From sequence record OR539219.1: a stretch of 64,000 bases of DNA; one strand, written 5' to 3'. Positions within the stretch are counted from its first letter, which is position 1. Every line of letters begins with the position of its first letter. Made by a program: the position numbers and the translations under genes. This document shows positions 10,644-20,308 of the stretch, one piece after another. The notes beneath the pieces were generated by a model. The model searched no databases, was not told the DNA's origin, and saw only the letters and a program-made list of their open reading frames with translations. The DNA comes from Escherichia phage vB-Eco-KMB39.

Positions 10644-12062
10644 TTATGGATAGGTATAGATGATACCAGTTTCTAAAGCAGTTTTATGAATGATGTATCC
10701 ATTACGCGATTCTTGAACATCAACTTCTGGATAGTCTTTCATCATCTTCTGAAGAGTGTAACGATGCAAGTAGTACTTACTATCTGGATCGTCAGTTTTC
10801 CAATCTTTACCTTCTTCAGTCATTTTTTGGATTTCATCCATAACCCACCAACCGCACCAGATATAAGCTGAAGTACGATGTGGAAGAGGATGAACATAAG
10901 GCAATTCACCTTCTGGTTCCGGAGCAACTTTATCAGTTACCTGAACTTGACCAGTCGCTTTAACTGTTTTACTATCATAGTCAGTTGCTGTAACGACAGC
11001 AGTAACTTCAATAGTTTGGCTTCCAATAGATGAGGTATCAACAGTATATACGTTAGTTGACCCTTCTACAGGAGAAGAATCTTTCTTCCATGAATACGTA
11101 ATTTGTGCTTCTTCCGGAGCATCCGTAACATTAGCGGTAAATGTAGCCGAAGCATCTTGCTGAACATTAATAGAAGGAGGAGTCAATGTAACCTGTGGAT
11201 TCATTGTCTTCTTATTAACCGTTAATGATACTTCATTAGAAGTAACTGTTTTTGCGTCGTAATCCGTTGCTGTTACTTGGGCTATGCATTTAATTTTTTT
11301 AACTCCAGCCACAGTTGGAGTATAGTTAAATGTAGAGTTAGTTTCTCCATCAACTTGTGAATCATCTACATACCACTGATACGTGGCAGACGCTCCATCA
11401 GGTTGAGAAGCTAAGGCAGCAGTAAATTGAACCGGGGTTCCAATTACTCCAGCAGCAGGACTATCAGGAGTTACTGCCAAGGTAGTTGTCTGCGTCTTTT
11501 TATTAACAGTCAGTGACACTTCATTAGAAGTAACTTCCTTTGTATCATAATCTGCCGCGGTTACTTGAGCTACACACTTAATTGTTTTAACTCCGCTTGT
11601 GGAAGGAGTGTAATTAAATGTAGCAGAAGTTGCTTCGCCCACAGGAGAACCGTCAACGTACCATTGATATGTAGCAGTTGCGCCCGATGGCTGCGAAGCT
11701 AAAGCAGCAGTAAATTCAACAGCTGTTCCAATTACTCCTTCTGGAGGACTATTAGGAGTTACAGCTAAAGTAGTTGTCTGTGTCTTATTTTGAACTGTGA
11801 TAGTTGTAGTAGCTTCTGCTGTTTCAGCATCAGTATCTGGAACTGGGTTTGTTGCAACTACTTTAATAGTTTTTTGACCGGCAGGTCCTTTTAATACATA
11901 ACTAAAAGTTGCAGATGTTTCTTCCTGTGGAACATCATCTACAGTCCAAGCATATGTAATAGGTCCATCTCCAGTTTGACCACTGGGTGTAGCAGTAAAC
12001 TGCTGAGTCTGATCTATAACTCCAGTAGGTGTTTTAGGAGTTATATCAACTGTAAAAGCCAT
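10644..12062 (-). CDS. hoc: highly immunogenic outer capsid protein Hoc with four Ig-like domains
   Basis: 472 aa; N-terminal tandem Ig-like domains and conserved C-terminal capsid-binding region (...WCGWWVMDEIQKM...); terminator hairpin after stop. Confidence 0.85.
   Translation of the reverse strand: MAFTVDITPKTPTGVIDQTQQFTATPSGQTGDGPITYAWTVDDVPQEETSATFSYVLKGPAGQKTIKVVATNPVPDTDAETAEATTTITVQNKTQTTTLAVTPNSPPEGVIGTAVEFTAALASQPSGATATYQWYVDGSPVGEATSATFNYTPSTSGVKTIKCVAQVTAADYDTKEVTSNEVSLTVNKKTQTTTLAVTPDSPAAGVIGTPVQFTAALASQPDGASATYQWYVDDSQVDGETNSTFNYTPTVAGVKKIKCIAQVTATDYDAKTVTSNEVSLTVNKKTMNPQVTLTPPSINVQQDASATFTANVTDAPEEAQITYSWKKDSSPVEGSTNVYTVDTSSIGSQTIEVTAVVTATDYDSKTVKATGQVQVTDKVAPEPEGELPYVHPLPHRTSAYIWCGWWVMDEIQKMTEEGKDWKTDDPDSKYYLHRYTLQKMMKDYPEVDVQESRNGYIIHKTALETGIIYTYP
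11211..11786 (-). repeat. tandem duplication (2 x 288 bp) encoding two near-identical Ig-like domains within hoc
   Basis: Protein residues 93-188 and 189-284 are about 80% identical (KTQTTTLAVTP...SLTVNK twice); DNA copies visibly similar. Confidence 0.8.
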
Positions 12063-12071
12063 AAGTTATCC

Positions 12072-12752
12072 TTATTTTAATGTTACGAAAGAAGAGTTGC
12101 GTGTTTCACGAATTAAAACTGATCCGTCACGGTTAATGTAGTAAATTAAGCTAAATAAAGTTTGGTGTGCCGACGCGTGTTCAAAACTAGTTGGGTGAGA
12201 TTTCCAATCCGGAGTTTCAGCGATCCATTGATAAATCCACCAAGGAACCGTGCAAAATCCTGGATTTTTTCCAATCAGCTGAAGATTCGGACTAAAGTTT
12301 TCCGGAAGAGTAAATACAGACGGCTTTTCAGATTCAATAATCTCAGCTACAGCCTGTTCGAATTTTTCTTCAACAAAAGGAGTATCTTCAATCAAAACGT
12401 CAGTATTTTCGGGAATTTTATCCGTTTCTACTACTTCAATTTTAATGTCAGATTTAACCGGAGAATCAATCAGAAGTGCTGCTTCTGGATTGACTTCTTC
12501 ATCGTCATATTTTAACCCCTCTGCGGCATCAGCAGCATTGATTAAGTCTTTAATAGATAACCCATCAGTCTCTGGCATAGGTTCACTAGCGAGCTTCTGG
12601 AGGGCTTCTTCAATATCAATAACGATATTATCAAAAGATTTATTCTTTTTGACCTTTATACCAAACTGTTCAGCATATTCAGCTAATTTAGCTTTAGCTT
12701 CTTTATTATCATCAAGAGCCTTCAGCTCTGCAATATAATCTTTATCTATCAT
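12072..12752 (-). CDS. inh: inhibitor of prohead protease Inh
   Basis: 226 aa ORF immediately upstream of hoc; synteny with T4 inh. Confidence 0.65.
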   Translation of the reverse strand: MIDKDYIAELKALDDNKEAKAKLAEYAEQFGIKVKKNKSFDNIVIDIEEALQKLASEPMPETDGLSIKDLINAADAAEGLKYDDEEVNPEAALLIDSPVKSDIKIEVVETDKIPENTDVLIEDTPFVEEKFEQAVAEIIESEKPSVFTLPENFSPNLQLIGKNPGFCTVPWWIYQWIAETPDWKSHPTSFEHASAHQTLFSLIYYINRDGSVLIRETRNSSFVTLK

Positions 12753-12765
12753 AATATTTCCTCAG

Positions 12766-12773
12766 TATAAATA
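12766..12773 (+). promoter_or_regulatory. late promoter core TATAAATA (seg-like gene / uvsW)
   Basis: Exact match 28 bp upstream of ATG 12802. Confidence 0.55.
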
Positions 12774-12801
12774 TAGATATATTTATTACTCGGAAAATAG
12801 T

Positions 12802-13419
12802 ATGTACCACTTTGTATATGAAACAACAAATCTAATAAACGGTAAAAAGTATATAGGAAAACACTCTACTGATGACTTGAATGATGGTTACCTTGGTTCC
12901 GGTAAGGCAATTCAGCAGGCTATAAAGAAATATGGTGAAAACAATTTCTCTAGAACAATACTAAAAGAGTTTAAAACTTCCGAAGAAGCGTACATGTATG
13001 AAGAAGAAATTATAACTCCTGAAATAATAAAAAGCAAAAATTATTATAATATGAAACCTGGTGGAATTGGTGGAATTGTTATGACTACAGAGGTTATAGC
13101 AAAGATGAAAGAATCTTCCGCTAAGAGATTTGAAAACTCACCGGGCACGGTATTAGGTACAACTTGTTACACCAATGGAACTAAAAATATTTTTATTAAA
13201 CCTGGAGAACTTGTTCCAGAAGGATTTGTAAAAGGGATGGTTCATCCTAATAGAAAGTCCAGAAAAGGATGTAAAGTCAAACCGACTACCACAGGAACTT
13301 TTTGGGTCAATAATGGCGCAATAAATAAATTAATACAACCAGACGGTATTATTCCCGACGGATTTATTAAAGGTCGTCTCATGAAAAGAGATTCTAAAGG
13401 CAAATTTAGTAAGGCATAA
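12802..13419 (+). CDS. segE: GIY-YIG homing endonuclease (SegE-like)
   Basis: 205 aa; N-terminal GIY-YIG module YHFVYETTNLINGKKYIGKHS; sits between hoc/inh block and uvsW as segE does in T4. Confidence 0.65.
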   Translation: MYHFVYETTNLINGKKYIGKHSTDDLNDGYLGSGKAIQQAIKKYGENNFSRTILKEFKTSEEAYMYEEEIITPEIIKSKNYYNMKPGGIGGIVMTTEVIAKMKESSAKRFENSPGTVLGTTCYTNGTKNIFIKPGELVPEGFVKGMVHPNRKSRKGCKVKPTTTGTFWVNNGAINKLIQPDGIIPDGFIKGRLMKRDSKGKFSKA

Positions 13420-13421
13420 TT

Positions 13422-14930
13422 ATGGATATTAAAGTACATTTTCACGACTTCAGTCATGTACGCATCGATTGTGAAGAGAGCACGTTCCACGAATTAAGAG
13501 ATTTCTTTTCGTTTGAGGCAGATGGATATAGGTTTAATCCTCGCTTCAGATATGGCAACTGGGATGGACGAATCCGTCTTTTAGATTATAATCGTCTTCT
13601 TCCGTTCGGCTTAGTCGGGCAAATTAAAAAGTTCTGCGATAACTTTGGCTATAAAGCCTGGATTGACCCTCAAATTAATGAAAAAGAAGAATTATCAAGA
13701 AAAGATTTTGATGAATGGCTTTCTAAATTAGAAATCTATTCAGGAAATAAAAGAATTGAACCACACTGGTATCAAAAAGATGCAGTGTTCGAAGGATTAG
13801 TTAATCGTCGCAGAATTCTTAATCTTCCAACATCCGCAGGTAAATCTTTAATTCAAGCTTTGCTTGCACGTTATTATTTGGAAAATTATGAAGGTAAAAT
13901 TCTTATCATTGTTCCAACAACTGCTCTGACAACTCAGATGGCTGATGACTTTGTTGACTATCGTTTATTCAGTCATGCAATGATAAAGAAAATCGGCGGC
14001 GGAGCATCAAAAGATGATAAATATAAAAATGATGCACCAGTCGTCGTTGGTACATGGCAAACTGTAGTTAAACAACCGAAAGAATGGTTCTCACAGTTTG
14101 GAATGATGATGAATGATGAATGTCATCTTGCTACAGGAAAAAGTATTTCATCTATCATATCAGGATTAAATAACTGTATGTTTAAATTTGGTCTATCAGG
14201 TTCATTACGTGATGGCAAAGCCAATATCATGCAGTATGTTGGAATGTTTGGTGAAATATTTAAACCAGTAACGACTTCTAAATTAATGGAAGATGGACAA
14301 GTAACTGAGCTAAAAATTAATAGTATTTTTCTTCGCTATCCCGATGAGTTCACTACTAAATTAAAGGGAAAAACTTACCAAGAAGAAATAAAAATTATTA
14401 CTGGACTCAGTAAAAGAAATAAATGGATTGCTAAATTAGCTATTAAACTTGCACAAAAAGATGAAAACGCTTTTGTCATGTTTAAGCATGTATCACATGG
14501 TAAAGCTATTTTCGATTTAATTAAAAATGAATACGATAAAGTTTATTACGTATCAGGGGAAGTTGATACCGAAACACGCAACGTAATGAAAACCCTAGCT
14601 GAAAACGGTAAAGGAATAATTATAGTAGCTAGTTATGGTGTATTTTCTACTGGTATTTCAGTTAAAAATCTGCATCACGTTGTTTTAGCGCACGGTGTTA
14701 AATCAAAAATCATTGTATTACAAACAATCGGTCGTGTATTACGTAAGCATGGTTCTAAGACAATAGCAACAGTCTGGGATCTTATAGATGACGCGGGCGT
14801 AGTTTCTAAATCAAAAACATCTTCTAAAAAATACTCGCATTTAAACTATCTTTTAAAACATGGACTTGATCGTATTCAGCGTTATGCTGATGAAAAGTTT
14901 AATTATGTGATGAAAGAGGTTAAACTTTGA
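13422..14930 (+). CDS. uvsW: UvsW RNA-DNA / DNA helicase
   Basis: 502 aa; Walker A LPTSAGKS and helicase motifs; MDIKVHFHDFSHVRIDCEE... Confidence 0.9.
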   Translation: MDIKVHFHDFSHVRIDCEESTFHELRDFFSFEADGYRFNPRFRYGNWDGRIRLLDYNRLLPFGLVGQIKKFCDNFGYKAWIDPQINEKEELSRKDFDEWLSKLEIYSGNKRIEPHWYQKDAVFEGLVNRRRILNLPTSAGKSLIQALLARYYLENYEGKILIIVPTTALTTQMADDFVDYRLFSHAMIKKIGGGASKDDKYKNDAPVVVGTWQTVVKQPKEWFSQFGMMMNDECHLATGKSISSIISGLNNCMFKFGLSGSLRDGKANIMQYVGMFGEIFKPVTTSKLMEDGQVTELKINSIFLRYPDEFTTKLKGKTYQEEIKIITGLSKRNKWIAKLAIKLAQKDENAFVMFKHVSHGKAIFDLIKNEYDKVYYVSGEVDTETRNVMKTLAENGKGIIIVASYGVFSTGISVKNLHHVVLAHGVKSKIIVLQTIGRVLRKHGSKTIATVWDLIDDAGVVSKSKTSSKKYSHLNYLLKHGLDRIQRYADEKFNYVMKEVKL

Positions 14931-15619
14931 ATTATAAATTAATATATGATAATTTAATTAATAGAGCCCAGAATCGGGCTCGCCTTAATGGATACACTGA
15001 AACACATCATATAATTCCTAGATGTATGGGTGGTACAAATGATAAGTGTAATTTAGTAGAACTAACGGCTGAAGAACATTTTATAGCCCATAAACTTTTA
15101 GCTAAAATTCATCCAAACCATTACGGTATAATTAAAGCTGTTATATGTATGGGGATGAATTCAAATACTCATGAAAGACACGTCAATAAATCTTACGCAT
15201 GGGAACGTCGTAAAATGGCAGAACTTCAATCCGGCGAAGGTAATCCATTTTACGGAAAACACCATACGGAAGAACATAAACAATATATGTCAAAACTCAT
15301 GAAAAGTCGTCCAATTACATGGGGAAATAAAATTAGTAAAACTAAAAGAATGAACCCAACGAAATGGACTGAAGAAGCTAAAAGATTACATTCAATCAAT
15401 CAATCGGGTAAAAATAACGGCATGTATGGAAGGAAACATTCCGCTAAATCTATTCAGAAAATTAAAGATAACATGCCAGATAATTCAGGAGCTAATAACC
15501 CAGCTGCTAAACCTATAGAAGTAAATGGTGTTAAGTATAAATGTATGAAAGATGCTTCTAAAGCTACTGGATTATCAATGTACAAACTAAGAATACTTAG
15601 AAAAACAGTTAATTTATAA
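14927..15619 (+). CDS. HNH homing endonuclease (Mob-like), TTG-initiated
   Basis: 230 aa; N-terminus near-identical to the mobE product at 42495-43226 (MNY.IY.DLI.RAQ...ETHHI.P.CMGG); starts at TTG 14927 overlapping uvsW TGA; GAGG 7 nt upstream. Confidence 0.75.
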   Translation: MNYKLIYDNLINRAQNRARLNGYTETHHIIPRCMGGTNDKCNLVELTAEEHFIAHKLLAKIHPNHYGIIKAVICMGMNSNTHERHVNKSYAWERRKMAELQSGEGNPFYGKHHTEEHKQYMSKLMKSRPITWGNKISKTKRMNPTKWTEEAKRLHSINQSGKNNGMYGRKHSAKSIQKIKDNMPDNSGANNPAAKPIEVNGVKYKCMKDASKATGLSMYKLRILRKTVNL

Positions 15620-15631
15620 GGGCTTCGGCCC
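15620..15631 (+). terminator. UUCG hairpin between Mob-like gene and downstream small ORF
   Basis: GGGC-TTCG-GCCC immediately before GGAG RBS; may be RNA stabiliser rather than terminator. Confidence 0.4.
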
Positions 15632-15632
15632 T

Positions 15633-15875
15633 TTGGAGAAAAAGATGTTACTAGAATTTAAACAATTTCTTTATGAAGCTTCTATTGATGAATTTATGGG
15701 TAAAATTGCCTCTTGTCAAACATTAGAAGGTTTAGAAGAACTTGAAGCTTATTATAAGAAAAGAGTTAAAGAAACTGAATTAAAAGATACTGATGACATC
15801 TCTGTGAGAGATGCTTTGGCAGGAAAAAGAGCTGAATTAGAAGATTCAGATGATGAAGTAGAAGAAAGCTTTTAA
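15633..15875 (+). CDS. small acidic protein (UvsW.1-like)
   Basis: 80 aa ORF with GGAG RBS after UUCG hairpin; position downstream of uvsW. Confidence 0.55.
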   Translation: MEKKMLLEFKQFLYEASIDEFMGKIASCQTLEGLEELEAYYKKRVKETELKDTDDISVRDALAGKRAELEDSDDEVEESF

Positions 15876-15930
15876 ATTAAAAAAGGCCCAACCAAAAAGG
15901 AAGGGCCAAAACTATAGACTAAAGGTCACA

Positions 15931-16098
15931 CTATAGCAAAAGTTGTGTTTCATTTAATTGTTCTTCCGAACTTTCTGAAACTGGTAGTTCTTTAATGTAA
16001 TTATAACAAGGCCCAGGATGTACAGGACCTTTGTCTGTTTCAACAACCAATGCAGAATCGATTGGAGTTTTACAGACAACACAAATCTTATCTGACAT
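15931..16098 (-). CDS. hypothetical small protein (uvsY.-2-like), 55 aa
   Basis: Hand-translated: MSDKICVVCKTPIDSALVVETDKGPVHPGPCYNY...; GAGGAG RBS; not in ORF track because under 60 aa. Confidence 0.45.
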   Translation of the reverse strand: MSDKICVVCKTPIDSALVVETDKGPVHPGPCYNYIKELPVSESSEEQLNETQLLL

Positions 16099-16126
16099 GA
16101 TTGTCTCCTCTAAATTATATATCTAT

Positions 16127-16351
16127 TTATATAACTCTCATATGCATATCAATACCCATATCTTTAGAATAAAAATATTCATCAAGATATCCAGCAAATT
16201 TTCCTTTAATATAAAGGACATCTTCACCACACGGGTGGTCGGCCAGGATACGAATATCCTGACGCTTAAGATTATACTTTTTCATTAAGAATTGAATCTC
16301 AGTTTCAAATTCTTCTTCATAATTAAAAGCATCATCAATGCTATATCTCAT
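16127..16351 (-). CDS. hypothetical protein (uvsY.-1-like)
   Basis: 74 aa; start overlaps uvsY stop. Confidence 0.55.
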   Translation of the reverse strand: MRYSIDDAFNYEEEFETEIQFLMKKYNLKRQDIRILADHPCGEDVLYIKGKFAGYLDEYFYSKDMGIDMHMRVI

Positions 16352-16764
16352 TATTTTCCAGCCTCAAATGCTCGCATGTCTTGAATGTGCTTAATAGCAA
16401 ATCCACGTGATTTAATAGCATCAAGAGCTCCGCTACAGAAATCTAATAAAATCCCCCAATACTGTAACGAGGTATCAACCTTTAAAACATCCTTATCAGC
16501 TGATAGAACTGTCTTCATTTCTGATTTCTCGTAACGATCCATACTAAATTCATCACCATCTCCTCGTCCCGAGTAGTAGTCTAATTTAGCTTTAAGAGCA
16601 ACTTTCTTTTGCGCGTCAATTCTAAGCATTTCCTTTTTAATACTTGAATGCTTATTAAGCCATTTACTATATAACATCACATTATTAGCTGCTTCATACT
16701 GTAATTTAGTCGAATCTATAAACACATCTTTCTTCAATTCTTCTTGAAGATCTTCTAATCTCAT
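16351..16764 (-). CDS. uvsY: recombination mediator UvsY
   Basis: 137 aa, MRLEDLQEELKKDVFIDSTKLQYEAANNV...; MotA-box middle promoter upstream. Confidence 0.9.
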   Translation of the reverse strand: MRLEDLQEELKKDVFIDSTKLQYEAANNVMLYSKWLNKHSSIKKEMLRIDAQKKVALKAKLDYYSGRGDGDEFSMDRYEKSEMKTVLSADKDVLKVDTSLQYWGILLDFCSGALDAIKSRGFAIKHIQDMRAFEAGK

Positions 16765-16804
16765 ATTGTTCTCTATTCAATTGTTATTGGATGGACTTAG
16801 ATTC

Positions 16805-16830
16805 ATTATACCACGTTTTAACGTGAAGCA
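16805..16830 (-). promoter_or_regulatory. MotA-box middle promoter upstream of uvsY (candidate ori(uvsY) promoter)
   Basis: - strand TGCTTCA, 13-bp spacer, TATAAT; begins directly after gene 25 stop. Confidence 0.55.
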
Positions 16831-17229
16831 TTATACTCTATTACTAGAAGCCAGTTGCAGTTTTATCTGCTCAATATCATCAGGGTTATCGATGACCGAA
16901 AAACGTATTTCTACTATCAGAGTATAATCATCATAAACGGGTATCACATTAACTGCTAATTTATCAATACGTGGCTCATAGTTTCTTACTGCGCTTTCGA
17001 TATTACGCTCAACTGTGTCAGCAGTAAGAGGAGTCATATTTTCAAAAAGCTGGTCTGATAAATCACATCCAAATTCAGGGTCAAACGGTCTTGAACCTTT
17101 TCTTGTTGTAATAATTCCCAAAAGACTGTTTTTAATTGACCTTAATCCAAGTGATCTGGAAACGTCTTTGTTCCAATCCATTTTCATTTCCGGGTCAATG
17201 TCAGAATAAAGCTTATTAATATTTGACAT
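16831..17229 (-). CDS. 25: baseplate wedge protein gp25
   Basis: 132 aa; coupled to gene 26; synteny. Confidence 0.8.
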   Translation of the reverse strand: MSNINKLYSDIDPEMKMDWNKDVSRSLGLRSIKNSLLGIITTRKGSRPFDPEFGCDLSDQLFENMTPLTADTVERNIESAVRNYEPRIDKLAVNVIPVYDDYTLIVEIRFSVIDNPDDIEQIKLQLASSNRV

Positions 17230-17855
17230 TATAGTAACTCAAAGAACTCTTTGAGGCCTCTTATTACGTGAGCATGGGTTTTTCCACACTCTGGACACTT
17301 AATTGGAACAGCCAAATAAACAGTAGGCTTTAAAAGCATATCTTTTATAGCTACAATATCTGACTCTGTGATGATAGAATATAAATCTTCCAGTTCTTTT
17401 TCATTTAAGTCTTCAACTGGAATGCTTTCCCCGTTAGCATGAATCGTTTCTATACATGATACTATCATGTGGGCTATATTTTTATCATCAAAAATTTTAG
17501 GGTATCGGAATTTAATTTTAATGTCACCCAGTGTATACCAGAGGTCTTCTGGTGCATCTATTTGTGTATGTAATAGATTTATATGGGTTGGTATTTCAGT
17601 TCCACAGGTGCACTTCCAGGAGTTTTCGTGATTAACTTCACCGAGAGAATGTGCCCATAAATGAATCAACAATAGTTCTGATTCTTGGCGGTTTAAATCT
17701 TTTGCATTTGTGCAGTCTTTGATTAGCTTTTTAACAATTACTTCTACGGAACCATTATTTTTGGCAGTAATAAGTTCTAGATATTCTTTAAGCGTGAATG
17801 CGCGACAATTGATTATTTTAGAACCAACTCTCACATCAAATTTGTATTCATACAT
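17229..17855 (-). CDS. 26: baseplate hub protein gp26
   Basis: 208 aa; divergent from gene 51 across a bidirectional late promoter. Confidence 0.75.
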   Translation of the reverse strand: MYEYKFDVRVGSKIINCRAFTLKEYLELITAKNNGSVEVIVKKLIKDCTNAKDLNRQESELLLIHLWAHSLGEVNHENSWKCTCGTEIPTHINLLHTQIDAPEDLWYTLGDIKIKFRYPKIFDDKNIAHMIVSCIETIHANGESIPVEDLNEKELEDLYSIITESDIVAIKDMLLKPTVYLAVPIKCPECGKTHAHVIRGLKEFFELL

Positions 17856-17876
17856 ATTTAGCTCCTTTATTTATCA

Positions 17877-17884
17877 TATTTATA
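17877..17884 (-). promoter_or_regulatory. late promoter core TATAAATA (gene 26), overlapping the gene 51 promoter
   Basis: Reverse complement of TATTTATA; palindrome TATTTATAAATA gives two divergent cores. Confidence 0.6.
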
Positions 17885-17888
17885 AATA
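17881..17888 (+). promoter_or_regulatory. late promoter core TATAAATA (gene 51)
   Basis: Exact match 17 bp upstream of gene 51 ATG. Confidence 0.7.
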
Positions 17889-17905
17889 GAATAAAAGGAG
17901 CATCT

Positions 17906-18655
17906 ATGGCAAACATTATTCGTTGTAAATTACCAGATGGTGTTCATCGTTTTAAACCATTTACGGTAGAAGATTATCGAGATTTTTTGTTAGTTCGAAA
18001 CGATATAGAACATCGGTCACCACAAGAACAGAAAGAAATAATTACTGATTTAATTGATGATTATTTTGGAGACTATCCGAAGACTTGGCAACCATTTATA
18101 TTTTTGCAGGTATTTGTAGGGTCAATAGGTAAAACAAAAGTACCGGTCACATTTGTATGTCCAAAATGTAAAAAAGAAAAGACAGTTCCATTTGAAATAT
18201 ATCAAAAAGAATTAAAGGAACCTGTTTTTGATGTAGCTAATGTTAAAATTAAATTAAAGTTTCCTTCTGAGTTTTATGAAAATAAAGCAAAGATGATTAC
18301 TGAAAATATTCATTCTGTTCAAGTAGATGAAATATGGTATGATTGGAAGGAAATTAGTGAATCCAGTCAAATAGAACTTGTTGATGCCATCGAGATAGAA
18401 ACATTAGAAAAAATTCTCGATGCAATGAATCCTATTAATTTAACTCTACATATGTCATGCTGTAATAAGTACATTAAAAAATACACTGATATAGTAGACG
18501 TGTTTAAGCTATTAGTTAACCCAGATGAGATATTTACTTTTTATCAAATTAATCACACACTCGTAAAAAGTAATTATAGCTTAAATTCAATAATGAAAAT
18601 GATTCCTGCCGAGCGCGGATTCGTATTAAAACTGATTGAGAAGGATAAACAATAA
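17906..18655 (+). CDS. 51: baseplate hub assembly protein gp51
   Basis: 249 aa; late promoter TATAAATA at 17881; CxxC pairs. Confidence 0.75.
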   Translation: MANIIRCKLPDGVHRFKPFTVEDYRDFLLVRNDIEHRSPQEQKEIITDLIDDYFGDYPKTWQPFIFLQVFVGSIGKTKVPVTFVCPKCKKEKTVPFEIYQKELKEPVFDVANVKIKLKFPSEFYENKAKMITENIHSVQVDEIWYDWKEISESSQIELVDAIEIETLEKILDAMNPINLTLHMSCCNKYIKKYTDIVDVFKLLVNPDEIFTFYQINHTLVKSNYSLNSIMKMIPAERGFVLKLIEKDKQ

Positions 18656-19827
18656 TGAGTATGTTGCAACGCCCCGGATATCCAAATCTCAGCGTTAAAT
18701 TATTTGATAGCTACGACGCTTGGAGTAATAATAGATTTGTTGAATTAGCTGCTACTATTACTACATTAACTATGCGGGATTCTCTTTATGGCCGAAATGA
18801 AGGAATGCTGCAGTTTTATGATTCTAAAAACATCCATACAAAAATGGATGGAAATGAAATAATTCAGATTTCTGTAGCTAATGCAAATGATATTAATAAT
18901 GTTAAAACACGAATTTATGGATGTAAGCATTTTTCCGTGTCAGTAGATTCAAAAGGTGATAACATCATTGCTATTGAATTGGGAACTATTCATTCTATAG
19001 AAAATCTTAAATTTGGTAGACCATTTTTCCCTGATGCGGGTGAATCAATAAAAGAAATGCTTGGTGTCATTTATCAAGACCGTACACTATTAACTCCAGC
19101 AATAAATGCTATAAATGCTTATGTTCCTGATATTCCATGGACTAGCACATTTGAAAACTATTTGTCATATGTAAGAGAAGTTGCTCTAGCTGTAGGAAGT
19201 GACAAATTTGTATTTGTGTGGCAAGACATCATGGGAGTTAACATGATGGACTATGATATGATGATAAACCAAGAACCATATCCAATGATTGTCGGCGAGC
19301 CATCTTTAATAGGTCAATTCATCCAAGAATTAAAATACCCATTAGCATATGATTTCGTTTGGTTGACTAAATCGAATCCTCACAAACGTGACCCAATGAA
19401 AAATGCTACTATCTATGCTCATTCATTTTTAGATTCTTCATTGCCAATGATTACTACGGGAAAGGGCGAAAACTCTATTGTAGTGTCAAGGTCAGGTGCT
19501 TATTCTGAAATGACTTATAGGAATGGTTATGAAGAAGCTATTCGTCTTCAAACTATGGCACAATATGACGGCTATGCTAAATGTTCTACTGTTGGTAATT
19601 TTAACTTGACTCCTGGTGTTAAAATTATTTTTAATGATAGTAAAAACCAATTTAAAACAGAATTTTACGTTGATGAAGTTATCCATGAATTATCCAATAA
19701 TAACTCAGTAACTCATCTATATATGTTCACTAATGCAACGAAACTGGAAACAATAGACCCAGTTAAGGTTAAAAATGAATTTAAATCTGATACTACCACT
19801 GAAGAAAGTAGTTCTTCCAATAAGTAA
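18655..19827 (+). CDS. 27: baseplate hub protein gp27
   Basis: 390 aa; ATGA coupling with gene 51. Confidence 0.8.
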   Translation: MSMLQRPGYPNLSVKLFDSYDAWSNNRFVELAATITTLTMRDSLYGRNEGMLQFYDSKNIHTKMDGNEIIQISVANANDINNVKTRIYGCKHFSVSVDSKGDNIIAIELGTIHSIENLKFGRPFFPDAGESIKEMLGVIYQDRTLLTPAINAINAYVPDIPWTSTFENYLSYVREVALAVGSDKFVFVWQDIMGVNMMDYDMMINQEPYPMIVGEPSLIGQFIQELKYPLAYDFVWLTKSNPHKRDPMKNATIYAHSFLDSSLPMITTGKGENSIVVSRSGAYSEMTYRNGYEEAIRLQTMAQYDGYAKCSTVGNFNLTPGVKIIFNDSKNQFKTEFYVDEVIHELSNNNSVTHLYMFTNATKLETIDPVKVKNEFKSDTTTEESSSSNK

Positions 19828-20308
19828 TAAAGAAGTTTCTATTCCTAAAATGGGTCTTAAACATTATAACATTTTAAAAGATGTTAAAGGCCCTGATGAA
19901 AATTTAAAACTTCTTATTGATTCTATTTGTCCGAATTTGTCACCAGCAGAAGTTGATTTCGTTTCTATTCATTTATTGGAATTTAATGGAAAGATTAAAT
20001 CTCGTAAAGAAATAGATGGTTATACTTATGACATTAATGATGTTTATGTGTGCCAAAGATTAGAATTTCAATACCAAGGAAATACATTTTATTTTAGACC
20101 TCCTGGAAAATTTGAACAATTTTTAACGGTGAGCGATATGTTATCTAAATGCTTACTTAAGGTCAACGATGAAGTTAAAGAAATTAATTTTCTTGAGATG
20201 CCAGCATTCGTTTTAAAATGGGCAAATGATATTTTTACAACTTTAGCAATTCCTGGCCCTAATGGTCCAATAACTGGAATTGGCAATATTATTGGATTAT
20301 TTGAATGA
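19775..20308 (+). CDS. 28: baseplate hub distal protein gp28
   Basis: 177 aa; ATG 19775 with AAGG RBS; overlaps 3' end of gene 27. Confidence 0.7.
   Translation: MNLNLILPLKKVVLPISNKEVSIPKMGLKHYNILKDVKGPDENLKLLIDSICPNLSPAEVDFVSIHLLEFNGKIKSRKEIDGYTYDINDVYVCQRLEFQYQGNTFYFRPPGKFEQFLTVSDMLSKCLLKVNDEVKEINFLEMPAFVLKWANDIFTTLAIPGPNGPITGIGNIIGLFE

Noticed and set aside
12162-12738. Two + strand ORFs (117 and 97 aa) inside inh
   Set aside because: Antisense to inh, no translation signals, low-complexity products
16031-16288. 85-aa + strand ORF
   Set aside because: Overlaps the better-supported - strand small genes and uvsY-upstream ORF; no RBS; AT-rich low-complexity translation
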